Origin: a virus
Lineage: Duplodnaviria; Caudoviricetes
Virus record (IMG/VR): IMGVR_UViG_2675903038_000001
Location: 1-64,000 of that record
Length of the DNA: 64,000 nucleotides
Reading direction: 5' to 3' (one strand)
The translations under genes were made by a program, and so were the position numbers. The stretch's first letter is position 1; every line of letters begins with the position of its first letter. This document shows positions 49,401 to 57,684 of the stretch, one piece after another. The notes below the pieces were generated by a model. It did not search any database. It was not told the origin of the DNA and worked only from the letters and a program-made list of their open reading frames with translations.

Positions 49401-50994
49401 ACCCGTAAAACTCTGGAATCCATCGATGAGCGGGGGCGATAATTACGCGCGTCAGCGGGCTATCAAGCTGATTCAGGCAAACAAGCGCATCGGCTTGCAC
49501 CTAGGCGCGGGATCCGGAAAAACGCTTGTCGGTCTCGGCGGATTTACCCATCTTCATCAGCAAGGGCTTGTAAAAAGAGGGATTGCGGTAGTTCCAAGCA
49601 TAGTCCAAGGGCAGTTTTCGGGAGAGGCCATCAGGTATCTTGAGCCGAACAAGTTTAACTGGCACATCGAGCCTGGCGCAAACCGTGCGGAGCGAATCGC
49701 GGCATATAAAAATCCTGATAATCATCTTTGTGTTGTAACTCATCAATCGCTTCGTGACGATCTGTTATATCTGGGTTCGCAACGCGCGGGTATTCCGCCA
49801 AAAGAAATGTCTGAGCGTGTATCAGTGATGACTCACGCAGAACGCAAAGAGTGGGCGCGTGATCTGATGGAGAAAGAAGGAATCGATTTTCAGTACATGA
49901 TGATCGATGAAGGTCATAACCTTCTCGACCGTCAAGGGAAGGAAGATTCCGCCATGTCCAACGTGATCGGCTCTTTTTCTGCAAATACTCCTTACTATGT
50001 GAGCATGACCGCCGACCCGGTTCGCAATGACGCGTCGGAAATATTCTCCGCGTTGCAGAAGGTAGCACCGGAAAGATATACCGACAGAGCGGAGTTCATG
50101 CGCCGCTACGGAACAGATACATTGGCATCAAAGGATGCATTGCGTCGAGAAATGGCAAGATACTTCTATCCTCACAAGATAGAACCAAAAGTCAATGTCA
50201 AAAGCGATGTGGTGAACGTGCCGCTCAGTGAAGGCCAGAAACACGCTCTGTCTTCATTGGATAAGGATTTGGCGTCTATGCGCATTGCCAGAATGCAAGG
50301 CAAGGTGGATATTGAAGCTGCAAAACGGGTGAATCCCGCTATGTTCGATGGCGTTCCCGAAGATCGGCATGAATCGATTGCGAAGTCGTTGCAAAACGCA
50401 ATTGGGATTGTCCGTGAGTCCGCTACGCAACGAATAATCAATGCTCACCCAGAATCTGCGAAACTGGACGAAGTGGCGAAACAGGTCAAAGCGAGAAGCG
50501 GGAAACCAGGAATTATTTTTTCACACAGCCTGGAAGCCGTTGAATCCATCAAGTCGCGGCTGGAAAAGGAAGGGATGCGCGTCGTTACGATATCAGGAGC
50601 AGATTCGTCTGCTGAGAAGGATCGTAAGCGCAAGATGTTCAGCCCCGATGGGGGTGAAGAACCGAAAGTCGATATTCTTGTGGCGTCAGATGCTGCAAGC
50701 ACGGGGCTAAACGCGCAGCGCGGTCAGTACCTGATTCAGTACGACGTGGTGAATACTGCGATGACTCACGCCCAGAGGAGGGCGCGCATACACCGGATTG
50801 GGCAGAAAAATGATATTGAATTGATTGATTTGGTTGGAGACCATCCTTCTGAGCGCAGAGCAAGAGACCGATTGGCAAAAAAGTATCAGTTGAGGGATTT
50901 GACTACGAGCCCGCTGGAAGGACTTGATGATACCGGCCTGGCTTATTTCCTGCGCCAGCGAGAACTAACACAAAATCAAGGAGGGTTGTTTTGA
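46459..50994 (+). CDS. Large SNF2-family ATPase
   Basis: GAGSGKT, DEGH, TADP, TGLNAQ, QRRARIHRIGQ; ~950-aa helical N terminus. Confidence 0.85.
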   Translation: MKPIFFLKAAIPPGARWITVHPNGKDAKGQPLLIQEESDGSMRVIGGAGGKLNYLKLRNVRSESDYKKEAAERRKAQTEQRKEQRKKDKELGIGESKTKVRQAIIQQRKVAEKEYVQAVAQSMSWDQSSLEFPEKEYGHLSEATINKLRNTHHKKLLEKAKQAVELQRQKLLSSEEARLAAGIGEIPLNSQDEETLSVDDLDPVPSQSSGLGYDTNYKGRAEQAGLTDDELSVESNKIRSEKLAQLTDAQRMAAIRRGEASKLLRAELENIREPVVSNAVNVLDDAKAAVELLKAEKKLKAINQQAKVKLAEVDAATSKVEPKAFVLEYSADPDLEKSIAEDIENDLRTAQTRTFLAEFQRLAGDKPEETVGKYMGIGAYNSINSLALAVGGDALVDRSVVDVLGIAGAAQVLARRIHNDLKEDVDRIAEGMQEFHLHHYMETSEQALGRARELMDVAREIEIGEGATGADLKTAQELNSKRRTAVTDAQKIVGQALGEMEANAALVVALKQGAKDSVQVPLGNLPVDSTVVRARAIGLQRGDYQIDDLSGQTFLTINADGMDRLAKPVNRADVEQIKRNLSIMRGDHDEDGWLPLGVANRPDLAMEVKPGIAPRLAEPFQPGEDLEQSLRDYIGGRTADGDTPADILADIQSLDFFQKAGSDEAYRAALDVVAPLKDQDGKIQRAESLSDHFEQYADQFVQSRYGGSRSPINRQKFEINQKSVDALHRALSEAPEGVAAYKQIGELTHTDQRTLREYFYRHVAKETPESSMLRQDLEQLDKNEPEKEFVDMFGDTATNPEWSAWRNQRDELAAKVNAASLTWDKYIDTMRGHEKAYESIQDMIRSRVSKKFVDEHNKLNPDNPLKIGRSVIRNNLNHLDATDQETREARMAEQRQLIDSLRERSQGRYAAGSVSDKLDAVRERQEAFEQSQMDFFSTEEMPAEEAIKELRSDERHTVGHEAERQIAGMMGIVGKNFKPGQPVKLWNPSMSGGDNYARQRAIKLIQANKRIGLHLGAGSGKTLVGLGGFTHLHQQGLVKRGIAVVPSIVQGQFSGEAIRYLEPNKFNWHIEPGANRAERIAAYKNPDNHLCVVTHQSLRDDLLYLGSQRAGIPPKEMSERVSVMTHAERKEWARDLMEKEGIDFQYMMIDEGHNLLDRQGKEDSAMSNVIGSFSANTPYYVSMTADPVRNDASEIFSALQKVAPERYTDRAEFMRRYGTDTLASKDALRREMARYFYPHKIEPKVNVKSDVVNVPLSEGQKHALSSLDKDLASMRIARMQGKVDIEAAKRVNPAMFDGVPEDRHESIAKSLQNAIGIVRESATQRIINAHPESAKLDEVAKQVKARSGKPGIIFSHSLEAVESIKSRLEKEGMRVVTISGADSSAEKDRKRKMFSPDGGEEPKVDILVASDAASTGLNAQRGQYLIQYDVVNTAMTHAQRRARIHRIGQKNDIELIDLVGDHPSERRARDRLAKKYQLRDLTTSPLEGLDDTGLAYFLRQRELTQNQGGLF

Positions 50995-51070
50995 GAGCAA
51001 TTATTTTTGCCCTGCTGCTTGTTAGTTGCGGGGTTTCCCCGGCGTCTGACAGTTTTCTGGAGACACGCTG

Positions 51071-51319
51071 TTGATTGATGATCTCAAGGATCGCTCAAGG
51101 AGACAGCTAGGCGAGTTGGCCGTCATGCAGCATCGCATCAATGAAAGCGAGAAGCTGATACTCAAGCGGGCTGAAACGAGGCTGGATGAAGTCAATGCGC
51201 GCATTCAGCAAATACGGTCTTCATCATTGGACCAGTCGCAGGAATATATGAATTTAATCAAAGAGCGTGGCCTGCTGCACATGATCATCGCGCAAGCAAA
51301 AGCATCTATTCGGATTTAG
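51071..51319 (+). CDS. Small coiled-coil protein
   Basis: GGAG SD, TTG start. Confidence 0.55.
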   Translation: MIDDLKDRSRRQLGELAVMQHRINESEKLILKRAETRLDEVNARIQQIRSSSLDQSQEYMNLIKERGLLHMIIAQAKASIRI

Positions 51320-51321
51320 TT

Positions 51322-51380
51322 TCACTTGGAATTCTCCAAGTGAGAGAGAACGATTTCTCACTGGCGAAATCGCCAGTGAG
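51322..51380. repeat. Double palindrome element, copy 1
   Basis: TCACTTGGA-attc-TCCAAGTGA and CTCACTGGCG-aaat-CGCCAGTGAG. Confidence 0.85.
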
Positions 51381-51398
51381 CTTTGGTAGCGCACTTTG

Positions 51399-51420
51399 AC
51401 CGCCTTCTGGCGGTTTTTTT
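51399..51420 (+). terminator. Rho-independent terminator
   Basis: ACCGCC-ttct-GGCGGT-TTTTTT. Confidence 0.8.
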
Positions 51421-51442
51421 GTGATCAATCCCTTATCTATCA

Positions 51443-51459
51443 AGTCGTGATGCAAACAT
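51443..51459 (+). promoter_or_regulatory. Late-promoter motif (head operon)
   Basis: AGTCGTGA-tgc-AAACAT, 6 nt to ATG. Confidence 0.65.
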
Positions 51460-51465
51460 TGCTGC

Positions 51466-52386
51466 ATGAACGACGCGGAGATACTTGCAGCGACACCAGA
51501 TTACATAAGCATCGGGAGCATGCTCAAGGCAACTCCTGCGATGGAGTCTGGGCAGCGTCTGATTTATCTGGAAGCGAGCAACGAGGCGCTTGACCAGCAG
51601 AATGAAGTGGTTCTGCAGAAAGCGCTCAAGGATAGCGCGGACTGGTTTCTACGCTACGGAAATCTGGATATCGACCATTTCAGTTTGATCGGCAAGCCCA
51701 ATCCGGCCAAAGGGTATGCAGGCATACCGGATTATCAGAACTACGAGATTGGTAGACCGCTTGATGTCCGCTTTGATGGTGCCAAGACATTTGTTAAAGG
51801 CGAGATTTATTCTGGTCAAGGTGTTGCCGCTGAACAGGCCAATCAATTCTGGGAAAGCTTGACTGAAATACAGCCTCCAGCGAGATGGTATCCGAGCGTT
51901 GGCGGATCAATTCTTGAGCGATCCGTTGAAATTGATGCAGGCACCCAGGCACGCAAAAACATGATCAAGAAAGTGCGCTGGTCGAATATAGGCTTTAGCA
52001 AAACGCCAGTCAATCCAGCGGTTCCCACAGTGGCCACCGTTCCCATAGGTGTGCTCGTCAAGAGCTGGGGGGCATCCGGTCTTGATATCGCCAAGGCGTT
52101 GGAAGCAGGTTACGGCACGGATTCCGCTCAATTGTCGGGCGGCGCGGCATTGCGCAAGCAATCCCTGCATGGCAATCCCATTGGATATTTTGAATTACGC
52201 AATCGCTTATCGGAGGCTTTGCATAAAGGCAGTCTCGGTAAGAACCCAGGGATACGTGACCTGGTTGCGCATTGCACGCAGAAGTTCGGGTTGTCTCGGG
52301 ACGAGGCCGCCGAATGTGTTGAGCGCTTCATGCGCGATTTAAAACGTGGGTTGAAAAATCGCCAGGCAATCAGGTCGGGCGGGTAA
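51466..52386 (+). CDS. Prohead protease
   Basis: ASNEALDQQNE, NLDIDH, PSVGG, TPVNP; position before scaffold and capsid. Confidence 0.75.
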   Translation: MNDAEILAATPDYISIGSMLKATPAMESGQRLIYLEASNEALDQQNEVVLQKALKDSADWFLRYGNLDIDHFSLIGKPNPAKGYAGIPDYQNYEIGRPLDVRFDGAKTFVKGEIYSGQGVAAEQANQFWESLTEIQPPARWYPSVGGSILERSVEIDAGTQARKNMIKKVRWSNIGFSKTPVNPAVPTVATVPIGVLVKSWGASGLDIAKALEAGYGTDSAQLSGGAALRKQSLHGNPIGYFELRNRLSEALHKGSLGKNPGIRDLVAHCTQKFGLSRDEAAECVERFMRDLKRGLKNRQAIRSGG

Positions 52387-52397
52387 TAAACGGAGAT

Positions 52398-53051
52398 ATG
52401 GAGAAAATTATGAGTTTTGAAAAACTGTTAGACGAACTCGAAACCATGAGCAAGGCCATGCCATCCGACGACACTGGCGAGGATGATAAAAAGATCCAAG
52501 CTGCGGCGGCTGAAGGTGGTGAAGGCGATGTGAGTGATGAGAATGAAAATGTCGATGGAAATGAAGAAGAAAGCGACGACGATCTAAGTGACGATGAAGT
52601 GGAAGTTGGAGATGAAAACATGACCAAATCATTTCAATTCACCCTTGATAGCGGAGAAATCATTGAAGCGCAAGACGGAACCAAGCTGGTTAAGTCGTTG
52701 ATGAATCGTATCGAGAAGAATGAAGGAACGTTGACTAAAGCGCTTGGCACTGCGGTCACGCTCATCAAATCACAGGGAGACATGATTAAGTCTCTACAGG
52801 AAAAGATCGGCCAATTGTCCGGTCAAGGTCGCGGACGCAAGGCGGTTGTTAGCGTCGTGGAGAAGAAGTCCGCTGCTCTCGTTAAGTCTGTTCAGGAAGA
52901 AGAAGGCATGTCTGCAAATGAATTCATGACAAAGGCATTGAGCGCGCAAGCTTCCGGAAAAATAACCGGCAATGACGTGGCTCGCGCGGAAGCGTATCTG
53001 AACAAGGGCATGCCGATTCCGTCGGACATCGTTAGCAGAGTAATCAGCTAA
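52398..53051 (+). CDS. Scaffold protein
   Basis: Acidic stretch plus coiled coil; eight [LM]xK[SA] sites. Confidence 0.7.
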   Translation: MEKIMSFEKLLDELETMSKAMPSDDTGEDDKKIQAAAAEGGEGDVSDENENVDGNEEESDDDLSDDEVEVGDENMTKSFQFTLDSGEIIEAQDGTKLVKSLMNRIEKNEGTLTKALGTAVTLIKSQGDMIKSLQEKIGQLSGQGRGRKAVVSVVEKKSAALVKSVQEEEGMSANEFMTKALSAQASGKITGNDVARAEAYLNKGMPIPSDIVSRVIS

Positions 53052-53096
53052 GTTCCCGTATCGTTATCATTAGTCACTAAGTTAAGGAAAATTATA

Positions 53097-54557
53097 ATGA
53101 ATCCACAAGTAATCCAATCTTTGACCGGCAATGCATCAGGTACTGGTCAGATGTCGTTGGGGGATGTTCAAGATTTGCAGAAGGCGCTTGAAGCGGGTTA
53201 CGGTACTGATGTTGCGCAGCTGACTGGTGGCGGTGCGCTGCGTATTCAATCGCTCGAAAAAACCATGCTGTCCACTATCCAGGAGAATAAGCATTTTGCT
53301 TTATTCAACGAGCTGCAAAAAACCAATGCAACGGCTACGGTAGATGAATGGACTGAGCAATCAGGCGTTGGCGGTAGATTAGGCGGATCGACTAATACTG
53401 AGACGGGCAATATCCGTGTGGCGCAAGGTCAGTACAATCGTCGTACCGGCATGGTCAAATATCTGATGACCCGTCGCGAGGTGTCTTTCGTGCAAACACT
53501 GCAAAATGCGATTGCGGATGCCGAGGCAGTTGAAGCTCAGAACGGCGCATTGCAGTTGCTGACGGATGCCGAATACCTGTGCTTTGAGGGCGATTCCACG
53601 GTTGTTCCTACCGAGTATGACGGATTGCGCGCATTGCTGTTGGATGGTGTTGATGCTGGTCAAGTCTCGGCGGATAACATCCTGGACGCAGAGGGTCAAT
53701 CGCTTGCGTCTATTGATTTGGTAAGCAAAGCGGCTGCGCAGATTGCCGGATACGGTAACTTCGGTACGCCCACTCACCTTTTCATGAGCCAGCTTACCCA
53801 ATCAGATTTTGATATCGGGCTTGATCCCGCATGGCGCGTACCGTTAACCGATGTGCCTGGAGGCGGTATCAGCCTGGGTTCTCCAGTTGTAGGTATTCGC
53901 ACGAGCTGGGGCAATATCAAAACGGTAAATGACGTATTTATCCGTGACGAGCGGCAGCAAATGCCTTTTGAGGTGAGTAATCCTGCGGAAGCTGCCGAAA
54001 TGGATACGATTAAGCCTGCTTCCGTGGCTGGTGTGGCTACAAGTGATGTGAGCTCCAAGTTTGGCGCTGCGCATGACGGCAATTATTACTACTTTGTAAC
54101 CGGCGTCAATGCTTCCGGCGAGTCAACCGGTAAGGCATCTGCTCAGGTCGCTGTGGCGGTTGGCGATAAAGTCACGCTGACCATTACCGCATCGGCTGGT
54201 GGAGCAGAAACTGGCTATGTGATCTATCGTAGCCGCCTGAATGGGACGGCCAACGCTAATGATGTCCGTCAGATGGCACGAGTAGCAAAAGCAGGTGCTA
54301 CCACAACCTACATCGATCTGAACCGTGAAATCCCCGGTTCATCCAGCGCTTATATTCTGAATATGGCGCCTGGCGCAATGGCGATCACCTGGAGACAGTT
54401 GCTGCCTATGCTGAAATTCCCGCTTTACCCAACGGTTAGCGCGGTTGTTCCTTGGGCGCAATTGCTATTCGGCTATCTTCGTATTGGTAAACGCCGTCAC
54501 CATGTCCTTATCAAGAACATCGTGAGCAACGGTGCGATGTGGAAGCCATTCGCGTAA
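53097..54557 (+). CDS. Major capsid protein
   Basis: KALEAGYG..ALR..L, EYLCFEGD..EYDGL pattern like SPO1/Twort-type capsids; position. Confidence 0.88.
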   Translation: MNPQVIQSLTGNASGTGQMSLGDVQDLQKALEAGYGTDVAQLTGGGALRIQSLEKTMLSTIQENKHFALFNELQKTNATATVDEWTEQSGVGGRLGGSTNTETGNIRVAQGQYNRRTGMVKYLMTRREVSFVQTLQNAIADAEAVEAQNGALQLLTDAEYLCFEGDSTVVPTEYDGLRALLLDGVDAGQVSADNILDAEGQSLASIDLVSKAAAQIAGYGNFGTPTHLFMSQLTQSDFDIGLDPAWRVPLTDVPGGGISLGSPVVGIRTSWGNIKTVNDVFIRDERQQMPFEVSNPAEAAEMDTIKPASVAGVATSDVSSKFGAAHDGNYYYFVTGVNASGESTGKASAQVAVAVGDKVTLTITASAGGAETGYVIYRSRLNGTANANDVRQMARVAKAGATTTYIDLNREIPGSSSAYILNMAPGAMAITWRQLLPMLKFPLYPTVSAVVPWAQLLFGYLRIGKRRHHVLIKNIVSNGAMWKPFA

Positions 54558-54569
54558 TCAGCAATTAAA

Positions 54570-54602
54570 TCTCAGCAGGAATCCTTTTGGTTTCCTGTTG
54601 AG
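54570..54602 (+). terminator. Hairpin after capsid gene
   Basis: CTCAGCAGGAA..TTCCTGTTGAG. Confidence 0.55.
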
Positions 54603-54619
54603 TTACGGGAGATAGTGGA

Positions 54620-54937
54620 ATGGTTAAGAAATTACTTTGCACCTTGCCTAATGCGTCGAGCAATATTAACGGGATTGAATTTGAATCTTATAAGTTAGGC
54701 GGCATGGTATCGGTCGATCCGGTTGATAAATTGGATCAGACGGTAGTTCATAGATTTCTGAAAGTTGGTGGATACAAGCTGATTGACGTGGATAAAGAGC
54801 CTTCTAATGGAAAGCAGGAGGGAGAAATGACCAGTGATGAATCAGCAGTCCATTCGCCTGAGAGTCAATCTGTCCTCGTCAACAAACCACACAAGAAGAC
54901 TGGTCGCTCAAAAGACAAGGAAATAACAAATGAATAA
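54620..54937 (+). CDS. Hypothetical virion-region protein
   Basis: GGGAG SD, in operon. Confidence 0.6.
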   Translation: MVKKLLCTLPNASSNINGIEFESYKLGGMVSVDPVDKLDQTVVHRFLKVGGYKLIDVDKEPSNGKQEGEMTSDESAVHSPESQSVLVNKPHKKTGRSKDKEITNE

Positions 54938-55148
54938 ATTACAAGAGAAGCGCATTCTGAATAATATGACACCAGGCGCTAAGAAAGTGTCTTTGGGAGA
55001 GCGACTGATCGAATTGGAGGAAACAGTTGCCGCATTGCCAAGACAGGCTGCTGCTGTTGATAATGCGGCGGGAGCAAATCCTACCAAAGCAGAATTTGAT
55101 GCTCTATTAAGTGCGCTCAGGGCATCTGGCGTTATAGCGTCATCGTAA
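54930..55148 (+). CDS. Head fibre/decoration-like protein
   Basis: AAAVDNA..TKAEFDALLSALRASGVIA. Confidence 0.65.
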   Translation: MNKLQEKRILNNMTPGAKKVSLGERLIELEETVAALPRQAAAVDNAAGANPTKAEFDALLSALRASGVIASS

Positions 55149-55489
55149 TGACTATGAGATCCCTGGATAGAGACACCAAAGCTTCGGTTTCTCAGCATGG
55201 AACCGAAGGCGCGTCACACGTTTATCCGGTTGCGCGCATACTGTCATCGCAATCTGTTGCAATCGGCGCATCGTCAGTGCAGTCTGCTTCTATTAATACG
55301 CGGACTGTGCGCCTTTGCTCAACCGTGGATGTTTACATTGCCTTCGGCGATAACCCAGTGGCAACCGGCGCATCAATGCTGTTACCTGCTGGAGCTGTCG
55401 AGTACTTTCAGATCGACAAAGGCAGTAAGATCGCATGTCTGAGAGTGTTTGCCGATGGCACCTTGTCAGTAAGTGCGGCGAGGATTTGA
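55148..55489 (+). CDS. Small beta-rich virion protein
   Basis: TAATG coupling; VRLCST.DVYIAFG.NP. Confidence 0.6.
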   Translation: MTMRSLDRDTKASVSQHGTEGASHVYPVARILSSQSVAIGASSVQSASINTRTVRLCSTVDVYIAFGDNPVATGASMLLPAGAVEYFQIDKGSKIACLRVFADGTLSVSAARI

Positions 55490-55492
55490 TTC

Positions 55493-56533
55493 ATGCTTAT
55501 GCGAATCGGTGCACTTAATGTGCCTGTCAGGAGAGCGATAAAATTTAATCTAAAAGCTCTGTTTGCAAACGGTGAGCAAGGTTTTTGGAATGATCCGCAA
55601 GATTTATCTGCGATGTTTCAAGATTCAGCAGACACAACTCCAGCGGTACTTGGTCAGCCGGTCGGTAAAATACTCGATAAATCTGGTAATGAAAATCACG
55701 CAACTCAAGTCACAACGTCCAAAAAACCGATACTAAAGAGGCAGCCGACGAGCGGTATACGAAACGTTGTGGGCGATAGTGAAGATAATACTACGTTGCT
55801 GTGGACTAAAAGTCGGGTCACGGTCAATACTGCCAGCATTACTGAAACTACTAGTTTCGGAGTTCACACACTTTCGCCAACGACCACTATCCCAAATCTG
55901 CTTGTTGGTGATACGTGTACGGTATCATGTGACGTTAGACAAATTTCTGGAAGCAGAAGGGCGCTATTATATTTAGCTGGTTCTTTTGTTGGTAGATTTG
56001 CAAATTTTAATTTCGATACGAAAAATATTGCAACAAGTGCGGGAGTTAGTGCGGGTTATATAGATCTCGGTGGCGGTGTATATAAACTCTGGCTTACATC
56101 TCAAAGCATGAATGATGGTAGTGGTTTAGCTGGTATTAGAATTACTGACAATGACACAGCTGCATTCAGGGAGTACACAGGGGATGGTATTTCCACAATT
56201 GGAGTTACAAATTTTCAGTTCGAAAAAGGTGCACTTACAGATTATCAAAAAGCAATTGGTGGGTACGATGTATATGAGTCTGGATATAACCAAGTTTACT
56301 GGCTTGATTACGACGGCGTAGATGATGCGCTGGTTTCTACCAATCCAGACTTAGGTGCGAATGCAACCCGAGCTATGGCGACAATTGGCGGCGCAGTAAT
56401 TGAGCAGGGGTTGACGCTCGGTGCAAATCAAACACTCAATACAGACAGCCTTGGGCTGATACTGATCAATCGCGCACTCACGGCTGATGAGCTGACTGCG
56501 ATAACCAGTTTTTACAACGAAATGGTGGCGTGA
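55493..56533 (+). CDS. Putative head spike/fibre protein
   Basis: MFQDSA.TTP..GQPVG.ILDKSGN.NHATQ, QFEKG..TDYQK, YDGVDD. Confidence 0.55.
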   Translation: MLMRIGALNVPVRRAIKFNLKALFANGEQGFWNDPQDLSAMFQDSADTTPAVLGQPVGKILDKSGNENHATQVTTSKKPILKRQPTSGIRNVVGDSEDNTTLLWTKSRVTVNTASITETTSFGVHTLSPTTTIPNLLVGDTCTVSCDVRQISGSRRALLYLAGSFVGRFANFNFDTKNIATSAGVSAGYIDLGGGVYKLWLTSQSMNDGSGLAGIRITDNDTAAFREYTGDGISTIGVTNFQFEKGALTDYQKAIGGYDVYESGYNQVYWLDYDGVDDALVSTNPDLGANATRAMATIGGAVIEQGLTLGANQTLNTDSLGLILINRALTADELTAITSFYNEMVA

Positions 56534-56880
56534 TGTTATACAACCTGCTGGTTTCAGCTGAGCACAAATCCATTGCCGAGGATGTCGGGCGCATTATTGA
56601 TCCTGATGTGGGTGGTGCGTTTACTTTTTCTGTGCGATTGTCATCTGATGGCCAAGAGCCTGCAACTCATTATGCCTGCAGAACATATCTGAGAGAGCAG
56701 ACACATCAAGCGCTGACGCAGCTGGATGCTGCGCAACTCAAGGTACTGCTGGATCAAATGGCTGCAGATCGTGGACGTGATCCTGTGGGAGATATTGCCG
56801 GATGGCCGTATTCTCTGGTCATTGACGACGGCGATTTTTACCAACTCATCCAGACGCAAGGTCTTCAGTTGATTTTGTGA
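56530..56880 (+). CDS. Hypothetical protein
   Basis: FSVRLSSDGQEPATHY; coupled to previous gene. Confidence 0.6.
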   Translation: MMLYNLLVSAEHKSIAEDVGRIIDPDVGGAFTFSVRLSSDGQEPATHYACRTYLREQTHQALTQLDAAQLKVLLDQMAADRGRDPVGDIAGWPYSLVIDDGDFYQLIQTQGLQLIL

Positions 56881-56899
56881 TTTGTCGTAGGAGGTTAAA

Positions 56900-57682
56900 T
56901 TGAGTTCTCTATTTCCAGATTTAGCTGCCACAACAGCATCATTGAGGCAAGATCAATTAATGCTGGCTTCAAAATATGCTTTGCCCAATTCATCCAGCCT
57001 GTCGGATGACTACCTGAATTCAAAGTTGATAGCTGCTGAAGCTGATGCATCCAGGCAATTGAGAATCTATTTTGAACCAACGCTCATTATTCCTGACGAT
57101 GCGCTTCAAGATGAGATTGACGCATTGGAGGCAGCCAACACGAAATATGCTCAGGAAGCAGCATATGACTATGATGCTCATTTCTTTATGGGTGAACGAT
57201 GGGGATACATTGTCACAAAAGAAAAGCCGATTATTTCTGTGCAATCAATCAAGTTTGCCTATCCTGCTCCTACCAATCAGGTGTTTGAAGTTCCGCGATC
57301 ATGGATCAGGCTGGATAAAAAATTTGGTCATATCCGGCTGGTTCCTGCTTCTCAGTCTTTCTCTGCTCCATTGTCCGCATTCATCATGCAGGCACTGGGA
57401 GGCGGCAGGACCGTGCCATTTATGATCCATGTGCGTTACACGGCTGGATTGGGTAACCCTAATCAGGACTACCCGGACTTGGCTGATCTGGTCAAGAAAA
57501 TGGCTATCTTGAGGATAATGCAGGATGCTTTCCTGCCGCAATCCGGGTCGATCTCATCTGACGGGCTAAGTCAATCAATGAGCGTGGATATGCAAAAGTG
57601 GCATGATGGAATTGAAGACAAGCTGGATGCATTGAGGGATGCTATGCATGGCCCTAGAATTGCCTTTCTGGGGCATGTTTAA
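56900..57682 (+). CDS. Head-tail adaptor
   Basis: AGGAGG SD; VRYTAG, SISSDGLSQS; position. Confidence 0.65.
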   Translation: MSSLFPDLAATTASLRQDQLMLASKYALPNSSSLSDDYLNSKLIAAEADASRQLRIYFEPTLIIPDDALQDEIDALEAANTKYAQEAAYDYDAHFFMGERWGYIVTKEKPIISVQSIKFAYPAPTNQVFEVPRSWIRLDKKFGHIRLVPASQSFSAPLSAFIMQALGGGRTVPFMIHVRYTAGLGNPNQDYPDLADLVKKMAILRIMQDAFLPQSGSISSDGLSQSMSVDMQKWHDGIEDKLDALRDAMHGPRIAFLGHV

Positions 57683-57684
57683 TC

